Positions 38,980 through 42,430 of a DNA stretch of 42,430 bases are shown here, in pieces; position 1 is the first letter of the stretch; each line of letters begins with the position of its first letter. Made by a program: the position numbers and the translations under genes. The notes beneath the pieces are model-generated. The model did no database searches and was not told the origin of the DNA. It saw only the letters and a program-made list of their open reading frames with translations. The stretch is from a virus, in UHGV virus genome UHGV-0382861; one strand, given 5' to 3'.

Positions 38980-40208
38980 TGGCTAAGAACGATTTTAAAC
39001 CTTTTGCAACCGGCAACGGTGCGAATGTATTGACTCAGGCAGAATATGAGGCGCTCGCCGCATTAGCATCTGGCTTCACCTCTGGTAAGGCATCCTCTGC
39101 TCAAATTAACAAAGCGATTCGGCAGGCAACAGTTATTGCCAGTGTAATCGCTCAATTTACAGCAGACAACGGCGGAAGCGATGTTTTAGATAATGGAAAT
39201 ACGGCAGCTATTCTTGCAAGTTTTATCACAGCTCTTAATACTTCCGTAGGAAACTCACTGGGTTCTAACTTCCTGCGTAAGACTAATAACCTGTCTGATA
39301 TTTCCAATGCTACAACATCACGACAAAACTTATCCGCTGCTAAGTCTGGGGTGAATAGTGATATCACTGCACTAAACGGACTTACAACTCCACTCACCGT
39401 GCCGCAAGGTGGAACCGGAGCAACAAGCGCAATTAATGCCAGGGCAAACCTCTATGCCGCACAACTGGGGGCCAACTCTGACATTACTTCACTGTCTGGA
39501 CTTACAACAGCTTTATCGATTCCGCAAGGGGGGACCGGGGCGAAATCTGCGACTGATGCTCGTGCTAATCTTTTCGCTGCTCAGTTGGGAGCAAACTCCG
39601 ATATTACCTCTCTAAAGGGGCTCACTACTGCTTTGTCGATTGACCAGGGCGGAACAGGAGCCAAAACAGCAGCGAACGCACGCAGTAATATTGGTGCTGC
39701 TGCTTCCGGTTCAAACTCAGACATCACAGCCATTAATGGCTTAACGACGGCACTATCCGTTCCGCAAGGTGGAACAGGATCTTCAAGTGCTGCAGGTGCC
39801 AGAGCAAATTTGTTTGCAGCACAGCTCGGTGCTAACTCAGATATCACGTCATTGTCTGGATTGACAACTGCCCTTTCAGTTACACAGGGAGGGACTGGGG
39901 CAAAAACAGCTACCGCTGCACGCGCAAACCTGTTTGCTGGTGGTATTCCCACCGCGCTGAACTCAGCTCAAGGCTGGTGGAAGTGTGCTGACACTGGACG
40001 TATTTTCCAGCATGGGAAAGTTGCAATTACCTCCGGCTCACAGCTTACCTTCCCGATAGCATTCCCCAATGCCTGCTTTGCGGTGATCATGACTGATAAT
40101 GATGGCTATAAGGATGCAGGCCTGCTGGGTGCGACAACTACTTACGCATCATTCACCAGTGGTTCAGGCGGCACTGTCACTGTTGGTTATCTGGCAATTG
40201 GATATTAA
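38979..40208 (+). CDS. Tail fiber protein with five tandem ~40-aa repeats
   Basis: TAATG start with a GGGGAG RBS. Repeat unit '...ANSDITSLSGLTTALS[IV]PQGGTGAK[ST]A..ARANLFAAQLG' x5 (about 39290..39900), then a distinct C-terminal tip domain. Confidence 0.75.
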   Translation: MAKNDFKPFATGNGANVLTQAEYEALAALASGFTSGKASSAQINKAIRQATVIASVIAQFTADNGGSDVLDNGNTAAILASFITALNTSVGNSLGSNFLRKTNNLSDISNATTSRQNLSAAKSGVNSDITALNGLTTPLTVPQGGTGATSAINARANLYAAQLGANSDITSLSGLTTALSIPQGGTGAKSATDARANLFAAQLGANSDITSLKGLTTALSIDQGGTGAKTAANARSNIGAAASGSNSDITAINGLTTALSVPQGGTGSSSAAGARANLFAAQLGANSDITSLSGLTTALSVTQGGTGAKTATAARANLFAGGIPTALNSAQGWWKCADTGRIFQHGKVAITSGSQLTFPIAFPNACFAVIMTDNDGYKDAGLLGATTTYASFTSGSGGTVTVGYLAIGY

Positions 40209-40218
40209 GGAAAATTCA

Positions 40219-40671
40219 ATGAGCAAAAATAGTAATTCTGAATCAGCAAGTTATTTTTACAGCGCATCCACCGGTGGTTTTTATCCTGTTAGCCTGAAAG
40301 TCGATTATGAAACAGCAGGCTCTTGGCCGGTTGATGCTGTTTCTGTTGAGGACGAAGACATGGTGGCTTTGCAGGCAGGACAATCCGCAGGTAAGCAGAT
40401 TACGGCTAATGCTGAAGGGTATCCAGTTCTAACCGATCCTAAGCCTCTTACACCTGAACAACTTCAACAACAGGCAAAAATGCAACAAAGCGCACTGATG
40501 AATGCTGCAACAGATGCAATAGCGCCTTTGCAGGATGCAGTTGATTTGGATGAGGCTACGGAAGAGGAGCTTGCTCTTCTCAAGGAATGGAAGCAGTACC
40601 GAGTTACGTTAAACAGGCTTGATTTATCAACTGCACCGGATATCGATTGGCCTGTGACACCCGGCGAATAG
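40219..40671 (+). CDS. Tail fiber assembly chaperone (Tfa)
   Basis: 150 aa (MSKNSNSESASYFYSASTGGFYP...), AAGGA RBS. The track's 40099 start overlaps the fiber gene. Confidence 0.65.
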   Translation: MSKNSNSESASYFYSASTGGFYPVSLKVDYETAGSWPVDAVSVEDEDMVALQAGQSAGKQITANAEGYPVLTDPKPLTPEQLQQQAKMQQSALMNAATDAIAPLQDAVDLDEATEEELALLKEWKQYRVTLNRLDLSTAPDIDWPVTPGE

Positions 40672-40684
40672 TAAAGCGATCGGC

Positions 40685-40702
40685 GGTATTATTACCGCCT
40701 GT
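40685..40702. terminator. Hairpin between convergent Tfa and acyltransferase genes (possible bidirectional terminator)
   Basis: GGCGGTA-TTAT-TACCGCC. No clean U-tract on either strand. Confidence 0.3.
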
Positions 40703-40706
40703 GAAT

Positions 40707-41828
40707 TCAACTCAGAGCAGGACCACTATGCTTGCGTCGGATCAGTTTCACGCCTGGTTTTTCGATGTATAAATGACACACATAAGCCATTAATAACGAA
40801 AGTATAAGTATTATGAAAAAACTATTTGTGCCATTAAAATCCGGCATGTAATCCGTAAATAAGCGGTTCACAAACCAGTGACACAGGTAAAGAGAAAAAG
40901 ATATATTCCCTAAAAACATTAGAGAATGAATGCTTTTTTGGAATGATGATAGTTCGTAGAAAAGGAACATAAGAGCGAATGGGATAGCCATGAAAATAAA
41001 ACCACCGTAACCTAGTACGTTAGAGATATTTCCAGTGTATGGTTTGTAAATCCCAAACCACAGACCTACGTCATTGCAGAATATAGTGACTGATAAAATT
41101 GTGGATATCACGAAAAGAGCTCGCCACGCTATCACTGGAATTGTTGATTTTTGAAGGGATAAATACGCCTTGCATAGAATAATTCCTAATACAAACTCAT
41201 AAATCATTGTACTGCTAACAATGTGCAATGCTTGTGAATACAATCCATTTCCATGAACGTTAACCGAAGCGGAGGAAGAAAGAGAAAACTCCCCATTAAA
41301 ATGGTACTGCAAAGCTACAGGCAACGTAAGCAAAACAACGGACGCTATCTCCCCCCTAAATCGATTGGATAGCAGGGAACAAATAAGAAAAATGGCATAG
41401 AAATAAATCTCATAAGTTAATGTCCATGCCACGCCGACCATGCTAAAACCAAAGCCAGGCGCTGGAGCTTGATAATTGTGATGAAAAAGGAAAAATCCCC
41501 TTATGACTGATGTAAGGTCAAATTTAGTGAAGAATAAAAATGTAGATATTATGAATATAAACCAATAGAGAGGGAATATTCTGAATGCCCGCTTTATAAT
41601 GAATTTCTTTGGGTTTAATTCGCTGCTATTTTTTGTGATGAAATAAATTATAAAACCACTGATAATAAAAAATATATCAACACCACCACGACCATTGTTA
41701 AAAATCGGTGCAATATTATCAGGTAGCCTTTCCTTTAGGTGGAATAGAACAACCATCAACGCAGCAATGCCACGCATATATTGCAAGCCCAAAATGGTAC
41801 CATTCCTGTTACGCTGCCTTTCCATCAT
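40707..41828 (-). CDS. Acyltransferase family 3 membrane protein (O-antigen/LPS O-acetylase-like)
   Basis: 373 aa, about 10 predicted TM helices. N-terminal 'LQYMRGIAALMVVLFH' acyl_transf_3 signature. GC about 33%. Confidence 0.75.
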   Translation of the reverse strand: MMERQRNRNGTILGLQYMRGIAALMVVLFHLKERLPDNIAPIFNNGRGGVDIFFIISGFIIYFITKNSSELNPKKFIIKRAFRIFPLYWFIFIISTFLFFTKFDLTSVIRGFFLFHHNYQAPAPGFGFSMVGVAWTLTYEIYFYAIFLICSLLSNRFRGEIASVVLLTLPVALQYHFNGEFSLSSSASVNVHGNGLYSQALHIVSSTMIYEFVLGIILCKAYLSLQKSTIPVIAWRALFVISTILSVTIFCNDVGLWFGIYKPYTGNISNVLGYGGFIFMAIPFALMFLFYELSSFQKSIHSLMFLGNISFSLYLCHWFVNRLFTDYMPDFNGTNSFFIILILSLLMAYVCHLYIEKPGVKLIRRKHSGPALS

Positions 41829-41994
41829 TCATTCCAAGCTGTTGTTTTATTGTTCAAATTTGAAAGATTCAGCGTATTTTAAAACAGGAATGGTTGTGTG
41901 GCTATTGCTAAAAGTGTGATCGGTCAATAAGATCTGTCTGTATTCTTTGGTCTTTTGTGACTGATTTTTAAGGCACGACACCAAAAGTCAGGAC

Positions 41995-42267
41995 CTAAAG
42001 ATGTGGACCCATGTTTCTGACCGTCGGGAACTCAGATACCAGCCACATATCAGACTCCTCGAACATCTCTTCCAGCATGCGGTTCAGCTTCTCCCGATCG
42101 TTTTTACTTGCATCGCTATTCAGGCCGTTCGCCTGCATCGGCTTCACCCTTACTTCGGCATCAGGGAAAATCTGGTGCACTCGCTTCGTCAGTTCTGCCA
42201 GGATAATCTCTCTGGCCCCTTCGAGCCCCTCTACATTGCGTTTGTCATAAACCAGTTCAACGAACAT
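41995..42267 (-). CDS. dinI: DinI-family protein
   Basis: '...KRVHQIFPDAEVRVKPMQANGLNS...DREKLNRMLEEMFEESDMWLVSE' parallels E. coli DinI '...RRIQYAFPDNEGHVSVRYAAANNLSV...DKQRISEILQETWESADDWFVSE'. GGAGGG RBS. Confidence 0.65.
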   Translation of the reverse strand: MFVELVYDKRNVEGLEGAREIILAELTKRVHQIFPDAEVRVKPMQANGLNSDASKNDREKLNRMLEEMFEESDMWLVSEFPTVRNMGPHL

Positions 42268-42286
42268 AAAACCCTCCGGAAAACCA

Positions 42287-42302
42287 CTGTAATTGTATAC
42301 AG
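42287..42302. promoter_or_regulatory. LexA (SOS) box CTGTAATTGTATACAG upstream of the dinI-like gene
   Basis: Perfect CTGT-N8-ACAG with an AT-rich centre, 20-35 nt upstream of the dinI-like start codon. Confidence 0.6.
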
Positions 42303-42430
42303 TGGAATTGTAAGCTATGAGCGCAACAGCGGGTAGGGTTTTGTAGGGAGTTGGAAAAAATTTTGTGTTGCAGAGAATACTTCATAAAATTTTTCGCAAG
42401 AAAATCAGCAACACAACACGCAACACATAA

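Overview
The window appears to hold an essentially complete ~42 kb temperate, Mu/P2-like myovirus prophage of an enterobacterial host (GC ~55-60%, QuuD-type Q antiterminator, LexA box). Order of modules: (1) a P4-type tyrosine integrase (+) at the left end. (2) A leftward early operon (minus strand) running from a cI-proximal sigma70 promoter through two small genes, an internal terminator, then a replication/recombination block (DUF2800 Cas4-like nuclease, DUF2815, family-A DNA polymerase, small proteins, ANR-family protein, PAPS-reductase-like PP-loop enzyme, VRR-NUC, Dcm C5-methyltransferase, SNF2 helicase, AlpA/Xis-like). Most of its genes are joined by ATGA/TAATG stop-start overlaps. (3) The immunity region: cI (HTH + S24 peptidase), a divergent cro-like gene, a primase/helicase (prim-pol + VirE/D5-type P-loop), and an iteron/AT-rich origin-like array. 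(4) Q antiterminator. (5) An unusual three-enzyme cassette (GPSL-motif DUF115/GT42-like, GT9 heptosyltransferase-like, SAM methyltransferase) in the 'moron' slot between Q and the lysis genes. (6) Lysis cassette: dual-start holin, SAR endolysin, Rz with embedded Rz1. (7) Head genes: TerS, TerL, portal, MuF-like, DUF2213, DUF2184 major capsid. (8) Contractile tail: DUF3383 sheath, tube, chaperone with a canonical A_AAT_TTT -1 frameshift into the TMP-proximal extension, SLT-domain tape measure, P2-like U/X/D/V/W/J/I baseplate, repeat-rich tail fiber, Tfa. (9) Low-GC cargo: two signal-peptide proteins with their own terminator inserted inside the baseplate cluster, and a family-3 acyltransferase (O-antigen acetylase-like) after Tfa. 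(10) A DinI-like gene with a LexA box at the right end. No tRNA, rRNA or CRISPR was seen. All family assignments rest on remembered motifs, not on database searches.
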